Shown here: in pieces, positions 21,483-31,318 of the stretch | How positions within the stretch are numbered: position 1 is the stretch's first letter | Layout: every line of letters begins with the position of its first letter | NCBI GenBank assembly: GCA_049521795.1 | Contig: JBEKOM010000002.1 | Location: 96,001 to 160,000, forward strand | Direction of reading: 5' to 3' | Source of the DNA: Candidatus Bathyarchaeia archaeon | Lineage (GTDB): Archaea; Thermoproteota; Bathyarchaeia; Bathyarchaeales; Bathycorpusculaceae | DNA length: 64,000 nt | Program-made: the position numbers and the translations under genes | The notes under the pieces: model-generated | Told to the model about the DNA's origin: nothing | Database searches by the model: none | What the model saw: the letters and a program-made list of their open reading frames with translations, nothing else

Positions 21483-22425
21483 AGTTTGCGATCAGGTCTT
21501 CTGGACCCTTGATCTTGGAAAACTCTTCGCTGCTGATGCATGGAATATCCTTCTCTCGATGTCCTTGAGTTTCAGTGATGAGAATTGGATGAGCCTTCAC
21601 GATTTTGCTCACGCTTAGAATCTCGTCAACTCTTCTGTTTAGTTCCTGTTCCTTGTCATTGGCGACTCCGCCTATTATCTGGACCTTTTGTTCCGGCACG
21701 TTCAGTACGAAGTCGAAAGGCGCCTTCTTCACGCTTGTGACGTGCAGTGGAGCAAGCCTCCTTAGAATCATGTTCAGAAACTTGCTCTTGGCAAAAACGC
21801 GTCTGGCGGTCGTCAAGATGCACTGTTTGCGTCGAGTCCTTGACTCTTGAAAGATGTCCACGGGCTTAGCTACTGGGATTCCGAGAGTCCATATCAGATT
21901 GTAAGCTGCGGAAACGGAAGCCTTGGCCAGGCCCCGTTCATAGCCATAAACGGTTCTTCGCGACATGCCCACCATGTCAGCCATTTCCCCGACTGATAGG
22001 CCCATCTTCTGTCTCCGCTGCTTGAGCGCTTCCCCATCGATTTCAACGTAGTAACCCCCAGGGCTGGCCTGAATCAACGGACGAATGTTGTGGAGCACAA
22101 CGTTCTCGAAAGTTCTTGCGGTGACGGCGAGGATGTCATGTCTCTTGTAGATCGTGTCGTCCTCAAGAGGTTTTTCCCGTGCCTCTTCGCCTATCAGCAA
22201 GGAAGCAGCTGAGAAGTTTCTCGCTATTTCTCCAAGCTCTTGCGAGTCATTTAGGGACATATTCCCGATGTCAGACTGGATCTTTATGAAGATCAGGTTC
22301 TCTTCTCTCCTTGCTGCGAAGTCGAAGCAGCTCGGACGAGAAGTGCATGGTTGGGAGACGGTGAAACCAGCTTGTTGTAGAAGGGCTTCTGCAGTTTCTA
22401 AGTGCTCCCTTCCCCCATGAGCCAT
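21442..22425 (-). CDS. Conserved archaeal HTH (XRE/Cro-like) transcriptional regulator
   Basis: SCFDFAAR N-domain; GGYYVEIDG..LSVGEMADMVGMSRRTVYGYERG HTH; KAPFD. Confidence 0.85.
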   Translation of the reverse strand: MAHGGREHLETAEALLQQAGFTVSQPCTSRPSCFDFAARREENLIFIKIQSDIGNMSLNDSQELGEIARNFSAASLLIGEEAREKPLEDDTIYKRHDILAVTARTFENVVLHNIRPLIQASPGGYYVEIDGEALKQRRQKMGLSVGEMADMVGMSRRTVYGYERGLAKASVSAAYNLIWTLGIPVAKPVDIFQESRTRRKQCILTTARRVFAKSKFLNMILRRLAPLHVTSVKKAPFDFVLNVPEQKVQIIGGVANDKEQELNRRVDEILSVSKIVKAHPILITETQGHREKDIPCISSEEFSKIKGPEDLIANFKQAPSDANLFHP

Positions 22426-22460
22426 ATAACCGCCACGTTAAACATGAATTACATTGTGAG

Positions 22461-22565
22461 ATATAAACAATACTTGTCTTCTAGAACTCAGTTATATTCA
22501 AACGATGCTTATCTTCTAGAATTCAGTACCATACAAACAATGCTGGTCTTCTAGAACTTAGTTAC
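22461..22565. repeat. Three tandem imperfect 35-bp repeats with a TCTTCTAGAA core
   Basis: Units 22461-22495, 22496-22530, 22531-22565, contiguous with no spacers. Confidence 0.9.
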
Positions 22566-23257
22566 ATGTGAGCCACGATCATGGCGTGCGCTTTGTCGTA
22601 GGGTTCCAGATGCACGACTTCTTCAATCTTGAAACCACGGTTCTCCAGGACCTTGACTTCGCTTTTGTAGACTTCAGCGGGCTCCTTTGTCACGTCTATG
22701 CTCTGCGCCTTCACTGCAAGCATCACCCATCCGCGATCTTTGAGAAATTGATCTGCGTTGTCTGCCAGAACCTTAGCTTGTTCAGGCTGGGCTATGTCGC
22801 AATAGATGTCATCAACCTTTCCGCGTATGAACATCGCGTATTTTTGGGGAAAACGAGCATCTTCAAGGATCGGCGACATGTTCATCCTGTAGGTGCACAC
22901 GTTGTCAACCAGATCCCTTATGGATCGGGAGGCGAACTCTACGCAGTACATGTGGCCTTTTTCTCCGATGATGTCCGAAACGTGGCTTGCGGTTGTTCCT
23001 GAAGCAGCTCCCAGATAGAGAACCAAATGCTTCGGTTTGACTGGAACCGTTTTCAAACCTTTCAGGATTGCTGCGGCCAACTTGCTTCTAAACGCGTCCC
23101 AGACTCTGTATTCGACGCCCTCGCACCGTATCAGCCTTTCACCGTAGACGTTTCTTCCCGGTGTCAAGTTTCTGGTGGCGAGTCTTCGCGCGCCATCCTC
23201 AAGAGTCACGTCATATACTTCGGCAAACTTCGGATGGGGTTTGACCTTAACGATCAC
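22562..23257 (-). CDS. flpA: Fibrillarin-like rRNA/tRNA 2'-O-methyltransferase
   Basis: VYGE, RSKLAAAI, YLGAASGTTASHVSD, DIAQPEQ; GTG start overlapping the nop5 end. Confidence 0.96.
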   Translation of the reverse strand: MIVKVKPHPKFAEVYDVTLEDGARRLATRNLTPGRNVYGERLIRCEGVEYRVWDAFRSKLAAAILKGLKTVPVKPKHLVLYLGAASGTTASHVSDIIGEKGHMYCVEFASRSIRDLVDNVCTYRMNMSPILEDARFPQKYAMFIRGKVDDIYCDIAQPEQAKVLADNADQFLKDRGWVMLAVKAQSIDVTKEPAEVYKSEVKVLENRGFKIEEVVHLEPYDKAHAMIVAHM

Positions 23258-24479
23258 GCCTGTGTTTTCCCCATTTCTTCTTGTCTCTAGGCTTTTCGCG
23301 TCGAGGTCTGGTAACTGGCAACGGAGGGGGTTGATCATACTTCTGGTGGATCTCTTCGATTCGTTTGTCCATGTTGGCTTTCAGCTCTTTACCTATATGC
23401 CTGCCTCCGAAGGCGTCTGCCCTAGCAGCTATTGCCAACTTTCCTGCGAGTGCCCGAGCGATTTTCCCTCTCTGCCATCTCTTCGCGTCATGCAACAGTG
23501 TGTGCTGGAAAATCAACCCGTGCTTCGGCGGCCTCGTACCGGTTTTCAGCGAGCGGAAAAGGGCTTTCTCAGCGCCTAGAACCTGAACCGTGCTTGCCGG
23601 CCTCTTGGCCAGATTCATCAAACCTCCAGATAATGCTATCAGGCGTGCCCCTAGAAGCGAGCCTACCAAGTATTTCATGTTCGGCGCAACCTCTTCCATG
23701 GTTGAGTCCATGTAGGTTTCCAGGTTTTGACGAGTTTTGTACAGATTCATGATATCGCTGCACAGTACCTGAATCTGTTTCAAATCGGCATCGTCGAGGT
23801 CTGCGCCCATTGATTTCTCTGCAACCTTTGCTATCCCTTCGGCCTTCGATTTCGGAACCTCCTCACCCTCAAGCCTGTCTATTGTGAAGTTGTCTTTGTT
23901 GCCCAGTTTGACCACAAGCCGCGCGTACGTCTCGTGCTTTTCCAGCAGACGGTCCAGCTCCGGGAAGTGTATGCCGTACCATTCTCTCACTCGGGCCATG
24001 AGCATGTTTATGGTCTTGTCCAACTCGTCTAGGCTTTGGATGGCTTGGGCAACGACGAGGTCTCTTTTCTCGACGGCTCCTTTGACCCGTAGCTTAGTGA
24101 TTTCCATCGTGACGTTGTGGGTCCACAGGGCAAACTCGTCAGCGTCTTTGACGAACCCGGCTTTGACCGCAAACGTTTCAGGCTTGGACCGAAGAAGCTC
24201 GCCCGCGTTTGAAGGTTTTGACACTTCAACTTTGATTCCGAGTTTCTCTTGAACCTCCTTAGCGAGGTTTGCGTTTTCGAAGGCGAAATCGTCGTAGCCC
24301 TTTTCCTTGAGCGCGCCGATTAGGCTGGAAACGCCTTCAATTATCCTTCCTGCTTCGATGTTAGCGAGGGTTTTCGCTGCGCTCTGCGGGTTCTTTAGGA
24401 ATAAGACTGTCGCTATTAGCTTGTTTTCTGCGTCGAAAGCCAGTATTCCAAAGGAGCCCTCAACTATCGTCACTTTCAT
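23247..24479 (-). CDS. nop5: C/D box sRNP protein Nop5 (Nop56/58)
   Basis: REWYGIHFPEL, QVLGAEKALF, PKHGLIF, RGKIAR. Confidence 0.96.
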   Translation of the reverse strand: MKVTIVEGSFGILAFDAENKLIATVLFLKNPQSAAKTLANIEAGRIIEGVSSLIGALKEKGYDDFAFENANLAKEVQEKLGIKVEVSKPSNAGELLRSKPETFAVKAGFVKDADEFALWTHNVTMEITKLRVKGAVEKRDLVVAQAIQSLDELDKTINMLMARVREWYGIHFPELDRLLEKHETYARLVVKLGNKDNFTIDRLEGEEVPKSKAEGIAKVAEKSMGADLDDADLKQIQVLCSDIMNLYKTRQNLETYMDSTMEEVAPNMKYLVGSLLGARLIALSGGLMNLAKRPASTVQVLGAEKALFRSLKTGTRPPKHGLIFQHTLLHDAKRWQRGKIARALAGKLAIAARADAFGGRHIGKELKANMDKRIEEIHQKYDQPPPLPVTRPRREKPRDKKKWGKHRRDR

Positions 24480-24624
24480 CTGAATGCCTCAGCACTACTA
24501 TTGCAGAGGTATGTGTTAATAAAAACTTACTGGGGCCCTGGAGTCCGTGGTTCGAAATCGTCTCCTTGGTACAAACTAATATAATTGGTAGGCTTAACAA
24601 GCAGCTGGTCAAGGTGCAAAACGG

Positions 24625-25545
24625 GTGAAAGACGCTGGTTTGGGCGTTGATCTGGCGGGTTTGAGGCTTGCCAATCCGACCATGTTGGCCTCTGGGATTT
24701 TGGGGTATTCCGTTGAAACGCTGGCAAACATCGTTAAGGCCGGAGCGGGAGCGGTGGTGACGAAGTCAGTTTCAGCGAAGCCACGGGAAGGTTATGCGAA
24801 CCCAACGGTTGTTCAGGCGGACTGCGGTTTGATCAATGCGGTTGGGCTTCCAAACCCTGGGATAGAGGAGTTTGCCAAGGAGATCAGCAATGCAAAAGCC
24901 GTCCTGGGTGTGCCACTCGTCGTCAGCGTCTTCGGTTTCTCAGCTGAAGAGTACGCGTCAGTGGCTAGAAGAGCCGTCGGTGCAGGCGCTGATGGAGTGG
25001 AGCTCAACGTTTCATGTCCGCACGTCAAGGAGACGGGTTCGGAGATCGGTCAGGACGCGAAGATTCTAACTCAGGTCATTGGAAAGGTCAAGGCTTCTGT
25101 GAACAAGCCGGTCCTGGTCAAGTTGTCGCCCAACGTCACGAGCATGTCAGACATCGCATGTGCCGCTGAACGCGCTGGGGCGGATGCCTTGACGGTTATG
25201 AATACGGTGAAAGCGATGGCCATAGACGTTGAGACAGCGATGCCGGTCTTGGCGAACAGGGTAGGAGGCTTGTCGGGCGCAGCGGTGAAACCTATCGCGC
25301 TTAGGAACGTTTACGAAGTTTACGAGCAGGTCGATGTTCCAATAGTAGGCTGCGGCGGAATAACTGATTGGCGTGACGCGTTGGAATTCCTCTTGGCAGG
25401 GGCTTCAGCTGTTCAAGTAGGCACGGCGATAGCCGATGAGGGGCTCGGAGTGTTCAGAGCCGTTACTCTCGGAATAGGTGCGTACCTGAAAAAGAAACGT
25501 TGGAGGAGCGTGAGTGAAATCGTTGGCTTGTCACACCGTAGCTAA
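24625..25545 (+). CDS. pyrD: Dihydroorotate dehydrogenase B, catalytic subunit
   Basis: VTKS, ELNVSCPH, VKLSPN, GGLSG, GASAVQVGT. Confidence 0.95.
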   Translation: MKDAGLGVDLAGLRLANPTMLASGILGYSVETLANIVKAGAGAVVTKSVSAKPREGYANPTVVQADCGLINAVGLPNPGIEEFAKEISNAKAVLGVPLVVSVFGFSAEEYASVARRAVGAGADGVELNVSCPHVKETGSEIGQDAKILTQVIGKVKASVNKPVLVKLSPNVTSMSDIACAAERAGADALTVMNTVKAMAIDVETAMPVLANRVGGLSGAAVKPIALRNVYEVYEQVDVPIVGCGGITDWRDALEFLLAGASAVQVGTAIADEGLGVFRAVTLGIGAYLKKKRWRSVSEIVGLSHRS

Positions 25546-26347
25546 CCAGCTTAGAACCAAGCCCATCATCAGCATGAAAGCAGAGAGTCCAACGGTCAAG
25601 ACTTTTGTCTTCAAAGATGAACAGTGTGCAAGGGCCAAGCCGGGCCAGTTCTTGATGCTGTGGATTCCAGGCGTGGATGAGATCCCGCTGAGCATCATGG
25701 ACGCAAGAGAGGATGGAAGAGTCGCAGTTTCCGTCAAGGCTTTGGGTGAAGCCACTGTTGCGTTGCACCGGAAGAGAGTAGGCGACACAATAGGGGTACG
25801 AGGCCCGTTTGGCAACAACTTCACGATTGGCAGACGCAGAGCTTTCATGGTAGGCGGTGGAACGGGGATCGCTCCTCTCATGTTCTTGACTAGGAGGCTG
25901 ATTTCTAAGGCTGTGAGTACGACCTTTGTGTTGGGGGCAAAGACAAAGGACGAATTGCTGTTCAGAAGCGAGTTGCAGAAGTTTGGAGCGAACAGGGTTC
26001 GTCTTGTCACCTCGACTGAGGACGGGAGCTGTGGCCTCACGGGCCTGTGCACTGAACCGTTAGAGCAGATGTTGGCTAGAGAAAAGTTTGACGTGGTCTA
26101 CGCTTGCGGGCCCGAGCAGATGATACTGAAGGTTTTTGAATTGGCCGAAGAGCACGGCGCAGAGATGCAGGCAAGTTTGGAACGCCTGATGAGATGCGCC
26201 ATCGGCCTGTGTGGAAGCTGCGTTATCGGCAAGTACAGAGTCTGCGCGGACGGACCGGTGTTCACTTCAAAACAGCTTAGGCTAATGAAGGACGAGTTCG
26301 GTCTGTCCAAGCGGGACCGGTGTGGAAAAAAGGTGTTGCTCGGCTAA
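25514..26347 (+). CDS. pyrK: Dihydroorotate dehydrogenase electron transfer subunit
   Basis: PGQFLMLW, RGPFG, GGGTGIAP, CGP, MRCAIGLCGSC, CADGPVF. Confidence 0.93.
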   Translation: MKSLACHTVANQLRTKPIISMKAESPTVKTFVFKDEQCARAKPGQFLMLWIPGVDEIPLSIMDAREDGRVAVSVKALGEATVALHRKRVGDTIGVRGPFGNNFTIGRRRAFMVGGGTGIAPLMFLTRRLISKAVSTTFVLGAKTKDELLFRSELQKFGANRVRLVTSTEDGSCGLTGLCTEPLEQMLAREKFDVVYACGPEQMILKVFELAEEHGAEMQASLERLMRCAIGLCGSCVIGKYRVCADGPVFTSKQLRLMKDEFGLSKRDRCGKKVLLG

Positions 26348-26564
26348 AACGGGCCCCATGCACAATTCGGATTTTTCTTTTGGTGATTCAGACCTGCCTT
26401 ATCACAGAAGATACACGAAATATATGAAGAGACAAGCTAGAAGACGAGTAACCGGGGTTAGCCACCAAAAAAGGGGCTTATCGATTGTTCTAGACAGAAA
26501 GAGGTTGAATTGATTTGATCTTTCGAGTTTTCGTTGGCAGTCGCTCTGAGGGCCCGTTTTTGGC

Positions 26565-26828
26565 CTACTCTGTCTCAATTTTATAAAGGACTTTTAGGCC
26601 TTTCAACGTGTGATGAATCTTGTCGGTGAGTTGAAGTATGTCTCCGAGGTCAATGTTCCTTTTCCAATCGTAAACGTGGTCATGATATCCTCTTAAGGGT
26701 TCGAAGCCCAAAGAACGAAGTCTTTCAACGATCTCAACGGGGCCAGAGCCCTCACTGCTGAACCATATCGTCAAGTACGTCTTCACAACGTAGCACCCCA
26801 AACTTCTCTTAAAAGTGATGTGCATCAA
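26565..26828 (-). CDS. Conserved small hypothetical protein (true start probably near VKTYL)
   Basis: KTYLTIWFSSEG..LRSLGF..G.HD.VYDW. Confidence 0.6.
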   Translation of the reverse strand: MMHITFKRSLGCYVVKTYLTIWFSSEGSGPVEIVERLRSLGFEPLRGYHDHVYDWKRNIDLGDILQLTDKIHHTLKGLKVLYKIETE

Positions 26829-26874
26829 TTAATGCTTTTCTGTTGCAGCTCAAAGGCAAACGCGCGGGAAGATT

Positions 26875-27318
26875 TCACTTAACGGTTACACAGGTGCTGT
26901 TTGCGTGATTGCACACTTTGGTGGATACGCTTCCCATGAATGATCGTGAGAATCTTCCCAAGCCGCGGCTTCCCATGACTATCACGTCGACGTTGTAACT
27001 TTCAGCTGCCTTAAGTATCTCGTCAGCTGGATCCCCGTTGACACAGATACGCTCAACTTTTATTCCATGAACTGCCTTGATTCTTGCTTCAGCCTCACCA
27101 AGGAACTGATCGCTTTTGCAGACAAACTCAGAATAGTCCCCGAAAGATCTTATTCCCTCAATCTCCATCCACGGCTCGAGGCCCTTAGGAACTGTTCTCT
27201 CTTCCCTCACGTGAATCAAGATAATTTCAGAATGCCATTTTTCGGCCATGTCGATAGCCATGTCAACCGCCTTCTTCGAATGCTCTGAACCATCTACCGC
27301 AACTAGAAATCTCTTCAT
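26875..27318 (-). CDS. Universal stress protein
   Basis: LVAVDGSEHS, GDPADEI, IVMGSRG..MGSVS. Confidence 0.92.
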   Translation of the reverse strand: MKRFLVAVDGSEHSKKAVDMAIDMAEKWHSEIILIHVREERTVPKGLEPWMEIEGIRSFGDYSEFVCKSDQFLGEAEARIKAVHGIKVERICVNGDPADEILKAAESYNVDVIVMGSRGLGRFSRSFMGSVSTKVCNHANSTCVTVK

Positions 27319-27546
27319 AGCCACCGGTTCACGTCCTCTTGACAAATATCGGCACCCACCTTTACGCTTGCCAGTAAAACGCATTTAAGTCTTTGTTCGT
27401 TAGTATGATCTTTGAAACAGAGCACAGATCTATTTTCGTATCTGTGTTAGCACGTGCGGTGTCAGCCTTTTCCTCAGGCGTTCAACCAAAACTTTGCAAA
27501 GACGAACTGATTGGCACTGGGCCTGCCAGTGCGCGCGTGCGCATCG

Positions 27547-27846
27547 TTATTCTTCAGTTATTTCCAAGATCACTCTTCCCTTGGGGTCTGGGCATTCCAC
27601 ATCGATGACCTTGGGCAGCCAATCGTTGGGTTCATCTATTTTTCTCTGCTTAGCCGGCAGCAGTGGAAGAAGGCTTGAGAGGGCATAAATGCAAAAGTGC
27701 TTGTTCTCTCCGGGGAAGCTCAGTTTCCCGCCTTCGAGTCTGAAGCAGTCTCCGACTTTGTGGGTGTCGCAAGAGCCGCCGATTGCTTTAACTCTGACGA
27801 TTAGAGTTTTCAAGATGGTTTCAAAATGGATAAAAACAGCTTTCAA
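27547..27846 (-). CDS. TIGR04076-like small Cys protein
   Basis: GSC..HKVGD.F, FCIYAL, CPDP. Confidence 0.7.
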   Translation of the reverse strand: MKAVFIHFETILKTLIVRVKAIGGSCDTHKVGDCFRLEGGKLSFPGENKHFCIYALSSLLPLLPAKQRKIDEPNDWLPKVIDVECPDPKGRVILEITEE

Positions 27847-27919
27847 CTTAAAGGTTTCCCATACAGAGGTTTGCCAACATCGTGTTAGATTTCCGTGGAT
27901 GGAGACGTAATTTGTTCAG

Positions 27920-28393
27920 ATGAAGAGAATCTTAGTTAACGTTGACCGATGCTCCGGGTGCAGACTGTGCGAACTAGCATGCTCGTTCACACATGAAAAA
28001 CGGTTCGGACCTTCCGCGTCAAGGGTAACCGTTATGAAAGAGGACGGTTTAGGCTTCGACTTACCGGTCATCTGCTGGCACTGTGACCACTGCAAACCCG
28101 CAGAAAGTTGCCTTGCAAACGCCCTGGAAAGAAACGCGGAAGGACTCATCTGCGTAGACGAAGAGAAGTGCACAGGCTGCGGTAACTGCGTCGAGTTATG
28201 CCCTTCGGGCGCGATCAAACTTCATCCGAACAAGCATACGCCTCTGTTATGCGACCAGTGCGACGGAAGGCCGTTGTGCGTCGAAAAGTGCCCTACAAAA
28301 GCGTTAACGTACGCGGAAACGAGAACGCAGCAGCCCAAATCGGCCAACAGAGTTCTTGAAGAAACGTTGAGAAGGTGGAGGGTCACTGTCTAA
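27920..28393 (+). CDS. 4Fe-4S multicluster protein (AOR small subunit)
   Basis: Four Cys clusters: CSGCRLCELAC, CWHC..C, CTGCGNCVELCP, CDQC..CVEKCP. Confidence 0.9.
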   Translation: MKRILVNVDRCSGCRLCELACSFTHEKRFGPSASRVTVMKEDGLGFDLPVICWHCDHCKPAESCLANALERNAEGLICVDEEKCTGCGNCVELCPSGAIKLHPNKHTPLLCDQCDGRPLCVEKCPTKALTYAETRTQQPKSANRVLEETLRRWRVTV

Positions 28394-30350
28394 GTATTTT
28401 GGTTACGCTGGCAGAATTCTCAGAGTGAACCTTGCAAAGAATAAGGTCAGCGTCAAGCCCACCGAAAAACGGTTGATAATGGAGTTTCTCGGCGGAAGAG
28501 GCTTCAATTCGAGGAGGCTTTACGAAGAAGTTCCCAAAGGTGTCGCTCCTCTCTCCGCTGAGAACAAGCTCATGTTTGCGACAGGCCCTCTTGTCGGCAC
28601 GGCGTTCCCTTTAGGTGCGAGGTTCAACGTGAGCGCGAAGTCTCCGCTCACGGGAATACTGGGAGATTCAAACGCTGGAGGCCATTTTGCCGCGGAAATG
28701 AAGTTCGCTGGGTACGATCAGATAATAGTTGAGGGAAGAAGCCCGAAGCCCTGCTATGTTTTCGTCCAGGACCAAGAAGTTCATGTCAACGACGCGGAAC
28801 ATCTCTGGGGAAAAGACGTTTACGAAGCAACTGAAACCATAAGAAAAGACCTAGCCGACTCACACGTGCAAGTGGCAACGGTTGGTCCTGCGGCCGAGAA
28901 CCTTGTCCTCTACGCGGGAATATTTGCTAATTTTGTTAGGCCTGCTGCCAGAACTGGAATGGGCACGGTTATGGCTTCCAAGAACTTGAAGGCCATAGTG
29001 CTGAGGGGAACGGGCAGCATCAACATCGCTGACTCCGATGCTTTCTGGAAAATCGCTGAAGAAGTGGAGAGAGAGACATACGCTCATCCGCAGTACTGGC
29101 CGCGCAGACAGATGGGGACAACCAGAATTCTAAGCCTCGCCGACAAGCTTGGTTTTCTGCCAACGAGACACTTCACTTCCGCCACTTTCGAGCACGCAGC
29201 CGACGTTAGCGGCGAAAGACTGGCAAGAGAATATAACGTCAAGAATCGCGCGTGCTTCTCATGCATAGTTCCGTGCAGCAGGATCTACAGGATAAGAGAA
29301 GGAGATTACGCTGGCCTTCACGGTGAAGGACCGGAGTACGAGGCTTTAAGCAGCTTCACTGCCAGAGTGGGAAACGCAAACCTGAACCTGGCGTTGAAGG
29401 CTGTTGACTTAACAAACAGGCTCGGCCTAGACGCGATAACAACCGCCGAATGCATTGCCTGGGCAATGGAGCTCTATGAAGGAGGACAGTTAAAGAAAAA
29501 GGAGACCGGCGGGGTTGAACTGAAATGGGGCAACGAAGAGGCTATACTCGGACTGATCACGAAAATAGCTTATCGAGACGGGTTTGGAGACCTGCTTGCT
29601 GACGGAGTGAAAAGAGCAGCTGAAAAACTTGGAAAGGGAAAGGAAATAGCTTTTCACGTGAAGGGCCTAGAGCTCATTCAGGCTGACCCTCGAGGTTTGA
29701 AGGGTTACGGCTTGGGCTACGCGGTCTCAAGCAGGGGAGCTGACCATTTGAGGTCTGAACCTTTCCTAGAGCTAAGCGATGACCCAGACAAAGGCTTGAA
29801 GATGTTCGGCGTCCGCGAAGCAACTCAGAGGCTTGCACACAGAGGAAAGGGTAAACTGATACGTTACTGTGAAAACTGGTGCGCAATAATAGATTCCTTG
29901 GAAATCTGCAAAAACCTAGCTGAAAACATGGAGCTCTTGCCCTTTGACAGGGCAGCCGCGATAACGAATGCCGCAACGGGTCTTCCCTTCACAAAAGATA
30001 TGATGTATGAAATCGGAGAAAGAATAGTCAACCTTGAAAGAGCCTATGTTGTCCGAGAAGGAATCACGAGAAAAGATGACTACTTACCCGCAAGATTCTT
30101 GAAGGAACCTCTGCCAAACGGAAATTCGAAAGGTTCAGTGTTCGAGATCGAGCCCATGCTCGATGAATACTATGAAGAAAGAGGATGGGACGCCAACGGC
30201 GTCCCGAAGACAGATAAACTCAGGGAAACGCGCCTAGAATTCGTAATCCAAGATTTGAAAAGAAGTGCGATTCGAACCGCCAAGAAAAAGAAAGTTAAGA
30301 ATAGTATTTCTTGCACGCCCCTCTCAAAGGGAAACTTGCGCCAGTATTAG
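28386..30350 (+). CDS. aor: Tungsten-dependent aldehyde ferredoxin oxidoreductase family
   Basis: GYAGRILRVNL N-terminus (CTG start inferred), KSPLTG, KNLKAI, CFSCIVPC, GPEYE, YYEERGWD. Confidence 0.92.
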   Translation: MSKYFGYAGRILRVNLAKNKVSVKPTEKRLIMEFLGGRGFNSRRLYEEVPKGVAPLSAENKLMFATGPLVGTAFPLGARFNVSAKSPLTGILGDSNAGGHFAAEMKFAGYDQIIVEGRSPKPCYVFVQDQEVHVNDAEHLWGKDVYEATETIRKDLADSHVQVATVGPAAENLVLYAGIFANFVRPAARTGMGTVMASKNLKAIVLRGTGSINIADSDAFWKIAEEVERETYAHPQYWPRRQMGTTRILSLADKLGFLPTRHFTSATFEHAADVSGERLAREYNVKNRACFSCIVPCSRIYRIREGDYAGLHGEGPEYEALSSFTARVGNANLNLALKAVDLTNRLGLDAITTAECIAWAMELYEGGQLKKKETGGVELKWGNEEAILGLITKIAYRDGFGDLLADGVKRAAEKLGKGKEIAFHVKGLELIQADPRGLKGYGLGYAVSSRGADHLRSEPFLELSDDPDKGLKMFGVREATQRLAHRGKGKLIRYCENWCAIIDSLEICKNLAENMELLPFDRAAAITNAATGLPFTKDMMYEIGERIVNLERAYVVREGITRKDDYLPARFLKEPLPNGNSKGSVFEIEPMLDEYYEERGWDANGVPKTDKLRETRLEFVIQDLKRSAIRTAKKKKVKNSISCTPLSKGNLRQY

Positions 30351-30439
30351 TGTGCTGAGCCTTTGAGGGTGGGCAACATACAAGGAAAGCATTTTTCAAC
30401 ACGAATAGTTCAATAAGCTGCATAAGGAGTTGCCATCGT

Positions 30440-30946
30440 ATGCAACAACAGATGATTCGAAAGGAAGTAGTCGTCAATGCACCTGTGAAGGCGGTCTGGG
30501 ACGCGTGGACGACGCCGGAAGGCGCTGTCACCTTCTTCGCGCCGAGGGCTAACATCAGGCTTGCAGTAGGTGGACCGTACGAGCTGTTCTTTGACCTTGA
30601 CGCTCCAGAGGGCTCACAAGGAAGCGAGGGTTTGAAGATACTCAGCTTTCTTCCCATGGAAATGCTCTCGTTCGAATGGAGTACGCCGCCAGAATATCCC
30701 ACCCTACGCAAAGGACAACGCACATGGGTTGTGGTGCAATTCTACCCGCGCGGCCAAAATGAAGTTCAAATCAGACTGACTCACCTCGGCTGGAAAGAAG
30801 GCGACGAGTGGGACAAAGTGTTTCAGTACTTCAAACGCGCATGGGACATCGTCCTCGGAAGACTAGAACTCAGATTTTCCAAGGGCCCTATCGACTGGAA
30901 CAATCCTTACTCCATTCCCAAGAGTATGACGTTTGAAGCCCCTTGA
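30440..30946 (+). CDS. SRPBCC/AHSA1-like domain protein
   Basis: VNAPVKAVWDAWTT, GGPYE, LTHLGW, AW..VL. Confidence 0.8.
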   Translation: MQQQMIRKEVVVNAPVKAVWDAWTTPEGAVTFFAPRANIRLAVGGPYELFFDLDAPEGSQGSEGLKILSFLPMEMLSFEWSTPPEYPTLRKGQRTWVVVQFYPRGQNEVQIRLTHLGWKEGDEWDKVFQYFKRAWDIVLGRLELRFSKGPIDWNNPYSIPKSMTFEAP

Positions 30947-31057
30947 AAACAGACACGCTGAAATCGTGTCATAGAACCCTACATTAATTGAACAGAAGTA
31001 AACAGATGAAAAGACACACGCGGGCCATGTTATGGAGACCTAACAAGGGAGCGTAGG

Positions 31058-31252
31058 CTACCGCTTTGCGAATTTTTCTGAATGCAGTTCTCCACCGGTT
31101 GCCCAGTTGGTTTTCGGCGTTTCGTAAATGATGACTGTGACCGCTTCTTTCGGGATGCCCAGTTCCTCAAGCACCTTCGTTATTCCTTCAACGACTTTCT
31201 TCTTGTTCTCTTCACTCCATCCAGCCCAAACAGAGACTTGAACCAAAGGCAA
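31058..31252 (-). CDS. 4-oxalocrotonate tautomerase family
   Basis: TTG start giving Pro1; AVTVIIYE..NWATGG. Confidence 0.85.
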   Translation of the reverse strand: MPLVQVSVWAGWSEENKKKVVEGITKVLEELGIPKEAVTVIIYETPKTNWATGGELHSEKFAKR

Positions 31253-31318
31253 TTCAACTACCCCAAAGTAATGATAGCTTATTTCCACCTATAAAGGCAC
31301 AGCGCGTACTTCGCTGAT

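Noticed and set aside
22461-22565. 35-bp repeats as a mini CRISPR array
   Set aside because: Units are contiguous with no unique spacers, and no cas genes are in the window.
24521-24560. tRNA-like fragment (GGGGCCCTGG..GGTTCGAAATC)
   Set aside because: No pairing T-stem or acceptor stem could be built.
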